Positions 1-7,595 of a stretch of DNA of 36,248 bases are shown here, one piece after another. This DNA comes from a virus. Taxonomy: Duplodnaviria; Heunggongvirae; Uroviricota; Caudoviricetes. Position 1 is the stretch's first letter; each line of letters starts with the position of its first letter. The notes beneath the pieces are model-generated. The model made no database searches and was not told the DNA's origin. It saw nothing but the letters and a program-made list of their open reading frames with translations. The DNA lies in IMG/VR virus record IMGVR_UViG_2778261316_000009; one strand, written 5' to 3'. The position numbers and the translations under genes were made by a program.

Positions 1-762
1 ATGCACGTAAAAAATGTGTTTTTAATTGAGCAAATAACTAATCTCAAAGAGTGGGTTAATAAGTATATTGGAGATTGCACTGATGAGGAATTAAACGATC
101 GTGAATTTATTGCATCAGTTGTTGATCGGGCTATTTTTCATTTTGCGATTAATAGTATATGTAATCCTGAGGATAATAAAGATGCAACGCCCATAGAACG
201 ATATACTTTTGATGTAGAAACCAAGAATGGCCTTCCCTCCACGGTTCAGCTTTTTTATGAGGAATCTAAAGATAATGAACCTTTAGCGAATATACATTTG
301 CAAGCAATAGGTTCTGGTTTTTTAACGTTTGTTAATGCATGTCAGGAATATGATGACAACAGCTTAAAATTATTCGCTTCGCTGTTGATTTCACTTTCAT
401 ACTCTAGTGCCTACACAGATTTAGCAGGAGCAGAAAAAGTGAATATTAATGATGATAATGAGAACTATCTGACAGCTCAGTTTGAAGAGTTATCTCAACG
501 TGATATGAAGAAGTACCTGGGAGAGATGAAGCGTCTGGCAGATGGGGGAGAAATGAATTTTGATGGCTATCTGGATAAGATGTCACATCTGGTGAATGAA
601 GGAAAGCTCGCCCCTGATATTTTAAGCAAAATGCGAGATGCTGCACCGAAATTAATTGACTTTGCTAAGTCGTTTGACCCAAACTCAAAGGAAAAGATTA
701 AAATATATACAGACACTTCTAAATTAATTTATGATTTATTCGGGGTTAAATCGGAGAAATAA
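1..762 (+). CDS. hypothetical protein on the host-side flank upstream of dusA; ORF is open to the window edge and may be 5'-truncated
   Basis: 253-aa ORF in AT-rich DNA, followed by a hairpin terminator at 801-833; lies upstream of the dusA 5' fragment, so outside the prophage; no recognisable motif. Confidence 0.5.
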   Translation: MHVKNVFLIEQITNLKEWVNKYIGDCTDEELNDREFIASVVDRAIFHFAINSICNPEDNKDATPIERYTFDVETKNGLPSTVQLFYEESKDNEPLANIHLQAIGSGFLTFVNACQEYDDNSLKLFASLLISLSYSSAYTDLAGAEKVNINDDNENYLTAQFEELSQRDMKKYLGEMKRLADGGEMNFDGYLDKMSHLVNEGKLAPDILSKMRDAAPKLIDFAKSFDPNSKEKIKIYTDTSKLIYDLFGVKSEK

Positions 763-800
763 TATGTGAAGTTCTTCGATGGTATGGAAGGCATTACATA

Positions 801-833
801 AAAGAACCCAATGCTTATTGGGTTCTTTTTTTC
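801..833 (+). terminator. rho-independent terminator
   Basis: AGAACCCAAT / ATTGGGTTCT 10-bp stem with GCTT loop, followed by a T-run. Confidence 0.6.
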
Positions 834-1124
834 TCTATCAGTGCTATTAGCAGGGAGAGATATCACCGGAGTTTAATGTGTGATTTTTATTTATCGTCGA
901 ACCTGGATTGTTTATCATTGGCCTTAACAAAGCTAACGGCTAATAAGATTATTTCCATCACTTCGTGAGAGCTTCATGCCTTGAGAGGATCTCAATTTTC
1001 TTTTGCAATGAGACAGGCGCTTCCTGTTGTTATGGTATAGTACCCCGTTATTGAGCCTCCTGAACAGTGATGCTGAATAACATAACCCCATGATATATCG
1101 ATAAAATAATCTCTACATTTGAAA

Positions 1125-1247
1125 ATGCACGGTAATTCTGAAATGCAAAAAATCAACCAAACCAGCGCAATGCCTGAAAAAACTGACGTTCACTGGAGTG
1201 GTCGGTTTAGCGTTGCACCAATGCTCGATAGGATGTACCGTTTTTGA
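1125..1247 (+). pseudogene. dusA: truncated 5' end of tRNA-dihydrouridine synthase A, interrupted by the prophage
   Basis: translation MHGNSEMQKINQTSAMPEKTDVHWSGRFSVAPMLD matches the DusA N-terminus as I recall it, then diverges at about 1230 into RMYRF-stop. Confidence 0.7.
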
Positions 1248-1372
1248 AAAACAAGTAGTTATACACTTTGTGGGAGCCTATTGGGAACCCGGTGTTTTCA
1301 TTTCAAGGTGTAATCCATGCGGGGCATCAGAATGAGATATAATGAGATTTTTAGTGTTCCGCTTGAGAGTCT

Positions 1373-1909
1373 ATGATGCTTACCCTGGACGAGATAGGTC
1401 AATCTGTACGTAACAATATCCAGTTGATTATTGATCATGTCGGCTTACCTCTTGCTGTTGGTCCGCTCAGTGATGATGATTACAAGATTCTGTGTGGTGG
1501 CTATGGTGAGCTTGAATGGGACTATGCGTTAAGCACCTATGGCAACTCCAGAGAAAAGTATGAGTTCTGCATAAAACTTGTTCAGCAAGGTCGGGTTCAG
1601 GGAATACCATCAGGAGCAGCAATTTGTGTTTATGGGGTTGAAGAAAACATCTTTCGTATCCATATGATCGAAAGGTTTTCTAGAGAAGATGAATCTCACC
1701 CATTGAAAGGGCGCATGGTTTTACTCACTCTTATGAGTGCTTTTATATTTTGTAAAGCTGTTGAATGTAAAGTTGTCCACATTGTAGAGCCAGTACCAGA
1801 ACTGGTGCAGTATTACGAGTCTTTTGGTTTCCGCATGGAACAGTGCGGTTATGTGATGTCTGCAGTCATTGATGAGCTGCAGGATATCTTTCTTAAATTT
1901 GCTCAGTAG
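1373..1909 (+). CDS. hypothetical cargo protein, possibly GNAT-fold acyltransferase-like
   Basis: 178-aa ORF, moderately AT-rich, opposite in orientation to the early-left operon; C-terminal pattern (KGRMVLLTLM ... LVQYYESFGF) is reminiscent of GNAT motifs A/B, a weak call; a TATAAT hexamer lies at 1338-1343. Confidence 0.5.
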   Translation: MMLTLDEIGQSVRNNIQLIIDHVGLPLAVGPLSDDDYKILCGGYGELEWDYALSTYGNSREKYEFCIKLVQQGRVQGIPSGAAICVYGVEENIFRIHMIERFSREDESHPLKGRMVLLTLMSAFIFCKAVECKVVHIVEPVPELVQYYESFGFRMEQCGYVMSAVIDELQDIFLKFAQ

Positions 1910-2014
1910 GTATAGACGAGAAGGGGCTACAAATTGTAGGATACCCGTCCAGATTACCTTAAAGGTACATCTATGGCAGTCGTTTTGTGCTTAAACTACT
2001 AAGAAACGATGTCA

Positions 2015-2035
2015 CCAATCGACATGATCGATTGG
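2015..2035. promoter_or_regulatory. perfect 8-bp inverted repeat (CCAATCGA-N5-TCGATTGG), candidate operator upstream of the small ORF at 2106
   Basis: read directly from the sequence; further short inverted repeats follow between 2040 and 2095. Confidence 0.3.
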
Positions 2036-2105
2036 CATAAGTTAGCTAAACAAGCTAGCTTTAAAGAGAGGGTTAGAGACGCCTTTACTGTCTCGGGAGT
2101 TTTCT

Positions 2106-2279
2106 ATGAAAGATCAAAAAGCAACCAAGCCACAGGTTAAGTTCGACACAATGAAAGCATTCGCAGGTATGGGTGCTGCTGTTGAAGTTCTGATGAAGGC
2201 TGCTCCTAATGCGTTCACTCACGCTACTGTCTCTGGTAAAGAGCAGCAGGGTAAGCTTCGTCGTCGCAAAGCAGCATGA
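2106..2279 (+). CDS. small basic hypothetical protein (57 aa), absent from the ORF track because it is under 60 aa
   Basis: ATG at 2106 preceded by GGGAG; translation MKDQKATKPQVKFDTMKAFAGMGAAVEVLMKAAPNAFTHATVSGKEQQGKLRRRKAA; followed directly by a terminator. Confidence 0.45.
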   Translation: MKDQKATKPQVKFDTMKAFAGMGAAVEVLMKAAPNAFTHATVSGKEQQGKLRRRKAA

Positions 2280-2297
2280 TCATAGCTGGTGCTTTTT

Positions 2298-2325
2298 GAA
2301 AACCCGCCTTTAGGCGGGTTTTTTC
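2298..2325. terminator. bidirectional rho-independent terminator between convergent genes
   Basis: CCCGCC-TTTA-GGCGGG hairpin flanked by an A-run upstream and a T-run downstream. Confidence 0.65.
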
Positions 2326-2347
2326 TTTAGTGATGTTCTTTGCCCTT

Positions 2348-2608
2348 CTATTTGCCTGTTCTGACCTGTTCCCACTCGATACGTCCTTCTTCTCGTCTTT
2401 TGTCTATGTATTCCGCAAGATCCTGAATATTGATGCAACGTTTTGCTTTTTGTGATGTGCCGATGCGATATGTTGGAACGGGCAACTTACAAGCGTTTGC
2501 TTTTGCTTCTGCCGTGGCTGGACTCATGCCAAAGTACTTTTGGCTAACTGCTGAGAGTTCAATGTTAGGGGTATTGAATTCAGCCATCAGTAAAAACAAG
2601 GTGTTCAT
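2348..2608 (-). CDS. PrtN-family DNA-binding protein (putative excisionase or transcriptional activator)
   Basis: N-terminus MNTLFLLMAEF ... DLAEYIDKRR resembles the pyocin activator PrtN family; the longest ORF extends to 2635, the third Met (2608) is chosen by family resemblance. Confidence 0.6.
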   Translation of the reverse strand: MNTLFLLMAEFNTPNIELSAVSQKYFGMSPATAEAKANACKLPVPTYRIGTSQKAKRCINIQDLAEYIDKRREEGRIEWEQVRTGK

Positions 2609-2644
2609 AATTTTCTCCATCAAAACCGGCTGCACCCGGGAAAA

Positions 2645-3217
2645 TCATAATTCTGTGCTGGTGGCAGGAATTAATTTCTGCCAGATAGCGGAAACATATT
2701 TTGCCTGATGACGAGCATCAGCCAGGGCGTTGTGCCGTTCGCCATCGAAAGGCATGTCCATTTTGGGGTCGAATCCGATGAAACGCCCAAGCGTAACGAT
2801 CGTGCGTACATCGTGGTCATTCCAGCACGCCCATGGGCAGATTTGTCCTGCTCGCTCATAAGCCCCACGTAAAATTACGTTGTCGAAGGTGGCTCCGTTA
2901 CCCCAGACTTTTAAATATTTCGTATTGTCTGCGTGCCGGTTAATGAAATGGTTCAGTTCAGAGAGTGCATCGCTGATCGACAAAGTATCATCAATACAGA
3001 TTGCAGCTCGTGCTTCAGGGCTTTGTTTCAACCACCACAGGATGGTATCGCCGCCAGGTGTGGCCCCTTGCTCCATAGCACTTTCCAGGCTGACAACCGT
3101 ATAGAATTCTTGTCCGATGTCTCCGGTTTCTGGGGTGAAGAACACCGCGCCAATGGAAACGATTGGTGCATCCTTATTTTTCCCCATCGTCTCAAGGTCG
3201 ATCATTAAGTTGTTCAT
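2645..3217 (-). CDS. DnaQ-like 3'-5' exonuclease
   Basis: MNNLMIDLETMGKN ... PIVSIGAV start and conserved acidic/His residues typical of phage DEDDh-type exonucleases; start ATG overlaps the upstream gene stop (TGATG). Confidence 0.65.
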   Translation of the reverse strand: MNNLMIDLETMGKNKDAPIVSIGAVFFTPETGDIGQEFYTVVSLESAMEQGATPGGDTILWWLKQSPEARAAICIDDTLSISDALSELNHFINRHADNTKYLKVWGNGATFDNVILRGAYERAGQICPWACWNDHDVRTIVTLGRFIGFDPKMDMPFDGERHNALADARHQAKYVSAIWQKLIPATSTEL

Positions 3218-3768
3218 CACTTCACCTCCTGCGGCGGTTCCGGTAGCGGCATCCAGTGAGTTGCTTGCTCAATACCATTACCCGGCTTAATCGTTGCATC
3301 TCCGCGCCGAAAGGTGCTTCCGGTATAGCGTGCGGAGCATATTAGCGGTTCAACCAGAGAGCTATCGAAATTCACCGAAATAAGCACGTTCTGGCCCTTT
3401 TCAGGCATTCGATCACTACAGCTTATCCAACCATCCGGAATCACCGGAGAGTTGCCAGCCTGAAGTATGGCGGCATCGTATGGCTCTTCATCGAGATCAA
3501 TTGGCGAGTCGCATTTCGGGCAATAACCATCACAGTCACCTACTGCGGAAACTTCAATAACCTCTCTGCATGACCAGCACTGAACGGTAGGAACATAAAG
3601 CTCCGCATTAAACGCAGCAATAGCCTTATCAATCACCTTGACAGCATCAGCCATTGCGTAGCCGAGATTACCGCCGTCGCTTTGTGCTGCTGCTTTGCTG
3701 AGTACTTCGCGTATCTGGTGCAGGCGATCTATTGATACAGGACCGTGCGCCGGGTGGTTAGTTGTCAT
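3217..3768 (-). CDS. DUF551 domain phage protein
   Basis: C-terminal DRMPEKGQNVL ... THWMPLPEPP pattern typical of DUF551; ATGA overlap with the upstream gene. Confidence 0.6.
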   Translation of the reverse strand: MTTNHPAHGPVSIDRLHQIREVLSKAAAQSDGGNLGYAMADAVKVIDKAIAAFNAELYVPTVQCWSCREVIEVSAVGDCDGYCPKCDSPIDLDEEPYDAAILQAGNSPVIPDGWISCSDRMPEKGQNVLISVNFDSSLVEPLICSARYTGSTFRRGDATIKPGNGIEQATHWMPLPEPPQEVK

Positions 3769-4037
3769 GGCCTAATCTCCGTTCTGCCGCCGAGAAGGCG
3801 AATAGCAATCCGTTCCCGGAAAGTTAACTGCCGATGCTTGCCGCGAGCATTTACGATTTCCGGTTTCCCATTTGGTGGGTAATTAACCCTGACTGATTGA
3901 CCATCCAGCGCATGAGACGCCTCAAGTAGCGCAGATTTTAAATGCGGAGGACACTCAGTTTGCACTCGTTCGCCGTCTGAAATTACACCTGCAATACCCT
4001 GCAACATGCTCGCTAAATTACTGAGGTATTTTTTCAT
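3765..4037 (-). CDS. hypothetical phage protein
   Basis: 90-aa ORF with a strong RBS (GGGGGAG) and translational coupling on both sides. Confidence 0.5.
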   Translation of the reverse strand: MKKYLSNLASMLQGIAGVISDGERVQTECPPHLKSALLEASHALDGQSVRVNYPPNGKPEIVNARGKHRQLTFRERIAIRLLGGRTEIRP

Positions 4038-4038
4038 C

Positions 4039-4596
4039 TCACTCCCCCTTCACGCCAATGCCAGCGTCGGCACGTTCGGCTTCACTTTGTTCCCAAAACC
4101 ACTTGTGAAGCGCCATAAGCTCTTCGTCAATCGGTGCATATTTGCGGTCAAAGTAGGCCTGAGCATCTTTCTCAGACTCGTCAGGCAATTCACCAGGCCC
4201 AAACAGCGTGTTATAAATCCATGACAGCCCGTTCTTAGCGTCACCAGTTGCCTGCCATTCGATAATCGCAGCTTGCATGACCAGAATGTTCTTCCCGATT
4301 AACAGGTCCAGTTCTTTGTGTCGGTTGCAGATATATGCATTCTCTCTCTGTAATTCAGCATTGCGCTTCTCTGCGGCTTCCAGCGCATTTACCAGATCAT
4401 CAACGATTCCAGCAGATTGGCGTGCGTAATCTGTAATTGCCAGCTCGCATTCAATTTCAGTTCCGTTTTCGTTTGTGTGGCAAATAGCAAAGTAATCGGA
4501 GTCGATTTCGTTATCAGCCAAACGCCTCAGCGTGTCGGCAACCAGCACTCCGTTTTCAATCAGTATCTCTGTTGCGCGTTTGTTGATGTTGCTCAT
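4039..4596 (-). CDS. hypothetical phage protein
   Basis: 185-aa ORF with AGGAGG RBS; stop overlaps the next start. Confidence 0.5.
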   Translation of the reverse strand: MSNINKRATEILIENGVLVADTLRRLADNEIDSDYFAICHTNENGTEIECELAITDYARQSAGIVDDLVNALEAAEKRNAELQRENAYICNRHKELDLLIGKNILVMQAAIIEWQATGDAKNGLSWIYNTLFGPGELPDESEKDAQAYFDRKYAPIDEELMALHKWFWEQSEAERADAGIGVKGE

Positions 4597-5249
4597 TGGG
4601 CGGCCTCCTGGCGGTCTATGCGTTCAATTTCGGCCAGAATAAGTGCGCCAGCTTTCACCATGTCACGGCGTGGATTTGTCGGCTTCCACCATTCTGGTGT
4701 CCACGGCCAGTCAAATGGAATGCGGTTAAATGGATGGATGGCATTCAGTACGTAGCATGAGGATGCCCACAGTAACTGCGATTTGCTGTACTGGTCATCA
4801 TGCTCAGGCGTCCATCCCTCAACTGATTGATGGCGTTGACGCTCTGCAATTACTGACTGAACGGCATTGGATAGCGATTTCACACCCTGCGCACGCACTT
4901 CAGCCAGGATTGCGTCGGTGGCTGGGGTTTCACAGTAAGCAACACGCAAATTAGGCATGCACTTATCCATCATCTGCTCCATTTCGCCAGGCTCAGCAGC
5001 AGCCCAATGAGCCAATGTTTCTTTCGCTGCCGCCTTCAGCCCCGCATTCTCCACAGCCAGCGCCGCGCACTTGGCCTCAAGGTTATCAATCGTGATTCCA
5101 GCAGAACGACACTCCCGCAACGCCGTTTCTAGTTTTGATTCAAGTTCACCGAACTTACGGACAAGATATTCAGCGTTTGTTTCATTCACTTTCAGATCTC
5201 GTGGTACACATTTCCCGCGAAGAAACCCTTCCATTTCGAAAACATTCAT
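4593..5249 (-). CDS. phage protein with a DUF550-like C-terminal domain (Ea22/ead-like)
   Basis: C-terminal GWTPEHDDQY ... WPWTPEWWKP ... VKAGALILAEIERIDR pattern; start placed at the third Met for ATGA coupling with the HD gene stop. Confidence 0.5.
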   Translation of the reverse strand: MNVFEMEGFLRGKCVPRDLKVNETNAEYLVRKFGELESKLETALRECRSAGITIDNLEAKCAALAVENAGLKAAAKETLAHWAAAEPGEMEQMMDKCMPNLRVAYCETPATDAILAEVRAQGVKSLSNAVQSVIAERQRHQSVEGWTPEHDDQYSKSQLLWASSCYVLNAIHPFNRIPFDWPWTPEWWKPTNPRRDMVKAGALILAEIERIDRQEAAQ

Positions 5250-5782
5250 GCGCATTTGCGTAACTCCGATAACTCGTTAAAACGTTCCATAAACATCCCG
5301 TAGGCATGGCCCGGTGCCAGTGGAATCACGTTGAACATCTCAGTTGCCGGGATACCTTCCAGTACAGGCCAGAAAGAGCCATCATCAAGCCCGAGATCGC
5401 GGCGTTCGGTTGCCAGCATAATGAGATCGGCATATTTCACTGGCGTGCTCATAACAGGAGGTAACCCGTATTTCTCACGTATTACGGCGTCTATTTTTTC
5501 TTCCATCCGTTTATAGTCAGGAAGAAGTCGTTTCAGTGGTGCGGGGATGTCCTGGCAATATGCTTCTGTTGCATCATGCATTAAAGCTTCAAAAGCAAAT
5601 TCCTGTGGCACCAGCTGGCTGCAAAGCACCGCATGTTGGGCGACACTGTAGAAGTGTGAAAGATGTCCTGCAAAGCGACAGATATTTGAAAGGGAAACCG
5701 CGATATCGTTAATAACGATGTCGTCTTTATTTATCCTGTCATAATAAAAATGCTTCCCGGAAAAAGTTTTAATAAATGACAT
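5246..5782 (-). CDS. HD-domain phosphohydrolase
   Basis: His/Asp motifs (HSVAQHA ... HDATEAY); start at MSFIKTF with GGAGAA RBS, the upstream Met at 5809 lacks an RBS. Confidence 0.65.
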   Translation of the reverse strand: MSFIKTFSGKHFYYDRINKDDIVINDIAVSLSNICRFAGHLSHFYSVAQHAVLCSQLVPQEFAFEALMHDATEAYCQDIPAPLKRLLPDYKRMEEKIDAVIREKYGLPPVMSTPVKYADLIMLATERRDLGLDDGSFWPVLEGIPATEMFNVIPLAPGHAYGMFMERFNELSELRKCA

Positions 5783-5825
5783 TTTGTTCTCCACGTATAT
5801 GCGCTGCACCGCGCTGAATTCGGGT

Positions 5826-6166
5826 AAAAGGAAGCCCTCACCGTCCGGCGATTATTGAGTCAATTACATTTCCATAAATGCCCCCGTAGGGGCGGTTAGT
5901 TTCTCCACAAAACAGAGAAGAACACCTGCGGTGGCAGCCGCCCGGATGGATTGGGTTATGAGCCCGTCGTCCGGTGATGCTCTTCTCTGTTTTGTAAAAA
6001 GGACGGTACCAGCCGGAAGCAAGGGTACAAGCTGGTACCGCCAAGACTACACACAGCATAAAGTTGTGGTGCCGGGTGCCTCCCGGTGCCTGGCGAAGGT
6101 TGCACACCAGGCGGGTGGGTATCCACAGAAGGTCGACTATCAGCCTCAACCTTAACCCGCGTGCGC
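5826..6166. other. GC-rich, highly structured non-coding element (candidate ncRNA or miniature palindromic insertion)
   Basis: no credible ORF (overlapping Arg/Pro/Gly-rich frames on both strands); 15-bp perfect inverted repeat 5907-5921 / 5981-5995 plus at least four further hairpins (5880-5893, 6005-6039, 6072-6086, 6088-6112). Confidence 0.35.
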
Positions 6167-6172
6167 TGAGCC

Positions 6173-6262
6173 GCATTCACCACAACGCTAAGGATTCTCT
6201 CTGGTTGAAAATACTTAGCTGTTATGTGCCTGTCTTTTCACCACTTCAGGCTCGGTGGTATC
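6173..6262. repeat. repeat B copy 1 (90 bp), identical to 6828-6917 as read
   Basis: direct comparison of the two stretches in the sequence. Confidence 0.8.
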
Positions 6263-6295
6263 CTTTTAAGCCCGTATACATAAAAGGAAAATCAA

Positions 6296-6541
6296 ATGAC
6301 TTTTGATGAAAAAGAACTTGATAATGCAATTAATAAAATCATCGTAACGTCGCTCTTTTCCTGTCTCAGCGACACTCAGCAGAAACAGTTCTACGAATCG
6401 GCTTTCAACATGATCGAGCGTTGTTGTTTCTGCGATGCCGACGAGTTACCTGAAAAAATCAGGAAACAGTTGGCTGATGCTCTTCGAGTGCGACTTTCTG
6501 ACCAATTTTCTGAAATGTACTCTCCGAATTTGGACAAATAG
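6296..6541 (+). CDS. small hypothetical protein (81 aa), cassette 1 plus-strand gene
   Basis: AAAAGGAAAA RBS 6 nt before the ATG; transcribed opposite to the pL operon. Confidence 0.45.
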   Translation: MTFDEKELDNAINKIIVTSLFSCLSDTQQKQFYESAFNMIERCCFCDADELPEKIRKQLADALRVRLSDQFSEMYSPNLDK

Positions 6542-6734
6542 AAAAAGGCCATTTCCATTCAGGGTCTGATGGAAAGACTTCAGCCTGTTCCAAAGCACGG
6601 TGTAAAGAGAATACAACTCCAGCCATAATCTGATGTTTCCCATTGGTCCAGCTATCGCCGCTCTGATCTACAGGAGCGGCTATGTCGTATGACCAAACGA
6701 CTTCACCACTATTGTTTAAAATCTGGACTTTCAT
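6459..6734 (-). CDS. small hypothetical protein (91 aa), cassette 1 minus-strand gene
   Basis: start MKVQILNN lies inside repeat A; converges on and overlaps the 3' end of the 6296-6541 gene. Confidence 0.4.
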   Translation of the reverse strand: MKVQILNNSGEVVWSYDIAAPVDQSGDSWTNGKHQIMAGVVFSLHRALEQAEVFPSDPEWKWPFSICPNSESTFQKIGQKVALEEHQPTVS

Positions 6735-6827
6735 TTTGTTCTTTAACCTCCAGATACGGGCGTTTAATTGCCCCGCCGAACAGCTCTTTTCCGCAATAGC
6801 TGCAATGTCTTTCGCGCATCAGCCTGC
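6693..6827. repeat. repeat A copy 1 (about 135 bp), second copy at 7321-7455, a few mismatches
   Basis: direct comparison; A copy 1 is contiguous with B copy 2. Confidence 0.8.
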
Positions 6828-6917
6828 GCATTCACCACAACGCTAAGGATTCTCTCTGGTTGAAAATACTTAGCTGTTATGTGCCTGTCTTTTCACCACT
6901 TCAGGCTCGGTGGTATC
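6828..6917. repeat. repeat B copy 2
   Basis: identical to 6173-6262 as read. Confidence 0.8.
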
Positions 6918-6951
6918 TTGGTGTTTTCATATAGCCAAGAAGGAAATAGTT

Positions 6952-7143
6952 ATGACCAAAGAAGAAAAAATTCTTTATTTATTCCAACTATCGGTTAAGA
7001 CTCACACTGCATATCAGACTGCTGCCATGACATCAGATAAAAATTACAGTACGTCAGAAAACCCGATAGACGACATAAGCAAGCTTTACGATAAGTTCGA
7101 AGCACTACTCGATAAAAAGTTTGCTGAGGCTGGGCTTGAGTGA
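6952..7143 (+). CDS. small hypothetical protein (63 aa), cassette 2 plus-strand gene
   Basis: AAGGAAA RBS before the ATG at 6952; the longer ORF from 6910 would start at a GTG inside repeat B. Confidence 0.45.
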   Translation: MTKEEKILYLFQLSVKTHTAYQTAAMTSDKNYSTSENPIDDISKLYDKFEALLDKKFAEAGLE

Positions 7144-7311
7144 TTGTTGAATAATCGACAAAACCCAACTTAAATTTTCGTCAGTGGGCTCGATGCCATG
7201 TGCGGTGAGCTCACTTTTCAAAACTCCAAGCAATTCAGAGCTGATTTTCAATATATCTGCTTGATTTCTAACTATTCCCACTTTTTCCTCCCTTGGTCTA
7301 CGCGCGGTCAT
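7105..7311 (-). CDS. small hypothetical protein, cassette 2 minus-strand gene
   Basis: 68-aa ORF; an internal GTG with GGGAGG RBS near 7282 is an alternative start; converges on the 6952-7143 gene. Confidence 0.35.
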   Translation of the reverse strand: MTARRPREEKVGIVRNQADILKISSELLGVLKSELTAHGIEPTDENLSWVLSIIQQSLKPSLSKLFIE

Positions 7312-7320
7312 GTTTTACGC

Positions 7321-7469
7321 CCAAACGACTTCACAGTTATTGTTTAAAATCTGGACTTTCATTTTGTTCTTTAACCTCCAGATACGGGCGTTTAATGGCC
7401 CCGCCGAACAGCTCTTTTCCGCAATAGCTGCAATGTCTTTCGCGCATCAGCCTGCGCATTCACCACAAC
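7321..7469. repeat. repeat A copy 2; carries a 15-codon truncated MKVQILNNNCEVVWA-stop remnant on the minus strand
   Basis: direct comparison with 6693-6840. Confidence 0.8.
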
Positions 7470-7471
7470 TC

Positions 7472-7509
7472 TAAAAACAAATGTAGGATATCCAACATGT
7501 GAGTGTCAA
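7472..7509 (-). promoter_or_regulatory. candidate pL promoter with embedded operator
   Basis: minus-strand TTGACA (7509-7504), 18-bp spacer, TACATT (7485-7480); 18-bp palindromic operators at 7481-7498 and 7516-7533. Confidence 0.55.
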
Positions 7510-7550
7510 GAGTTTATGTTGGTTATCCTACATAAAAAGATAGGCTCATA

Positions 7551-7576
7551 AAAAAACCGGGGATACCCCGGTTTTG
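7551..7576. terminator. bidirectional rho-independent terminator downstream of the repressor gene
   Basis: A6-CCGGGG-ATA-CCCCGG-T4. Confidence 0.65.
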
Positions 7577-7595
7577 CGATAGTGAGGAAGATGTG

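Noticed and set aside
1-762. AT-rich 253-aa ORF initially considered as prophage cargo or a defence gene
   Set aside because: It lies upstream of the dusA 5' fragment, so it is on the host side of the insertion junction; kept only as a host hypothetical gene.
1230-2348. Integrase expected between the att junction and the PrtN-like gene
   Set aside because: No integrase-like ORF is present; the dusA integration mode predicts the integrase at the other prophage end, outside the window.
5783-5809. Upstream start (MQRIYVENK) for the HD phosphohydrolase
   Set aside because: No RBS, whereas the ATG at 5782 is preceded by GGAGAA.
6005-6043. tRNA-like 3' end (9-bp hairpin followed by GCCA)
   Set aside because: No cloverleaf, no T-loop GTTCRA motif and no D-arm; a single hairpin plus CCA is not enough for a tRNA.
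5826-6166. Retron msr/msd interpretation of the long inverted repeat
   Set aside because: No reverse transcriptase gene is adjacent anywhere in the window.
5838-6306. Multiple overlapping ORFs on both strands (5838-6176, 5931-6155, 5956-6183, 6064-6306)
   Set aside because: The translations are Arg/Pro/Gly/Cys-rich with no RBS and mutually overlapping frames, as expected for GC-rich non-coding DNA; treated as a structured element instead.
5810-7472. N-like antiterminator and nut site downstream of pL
   Set aside because: No small Arg-rich protein with boxA/boxB-like signals was recognisable; left as an open question.
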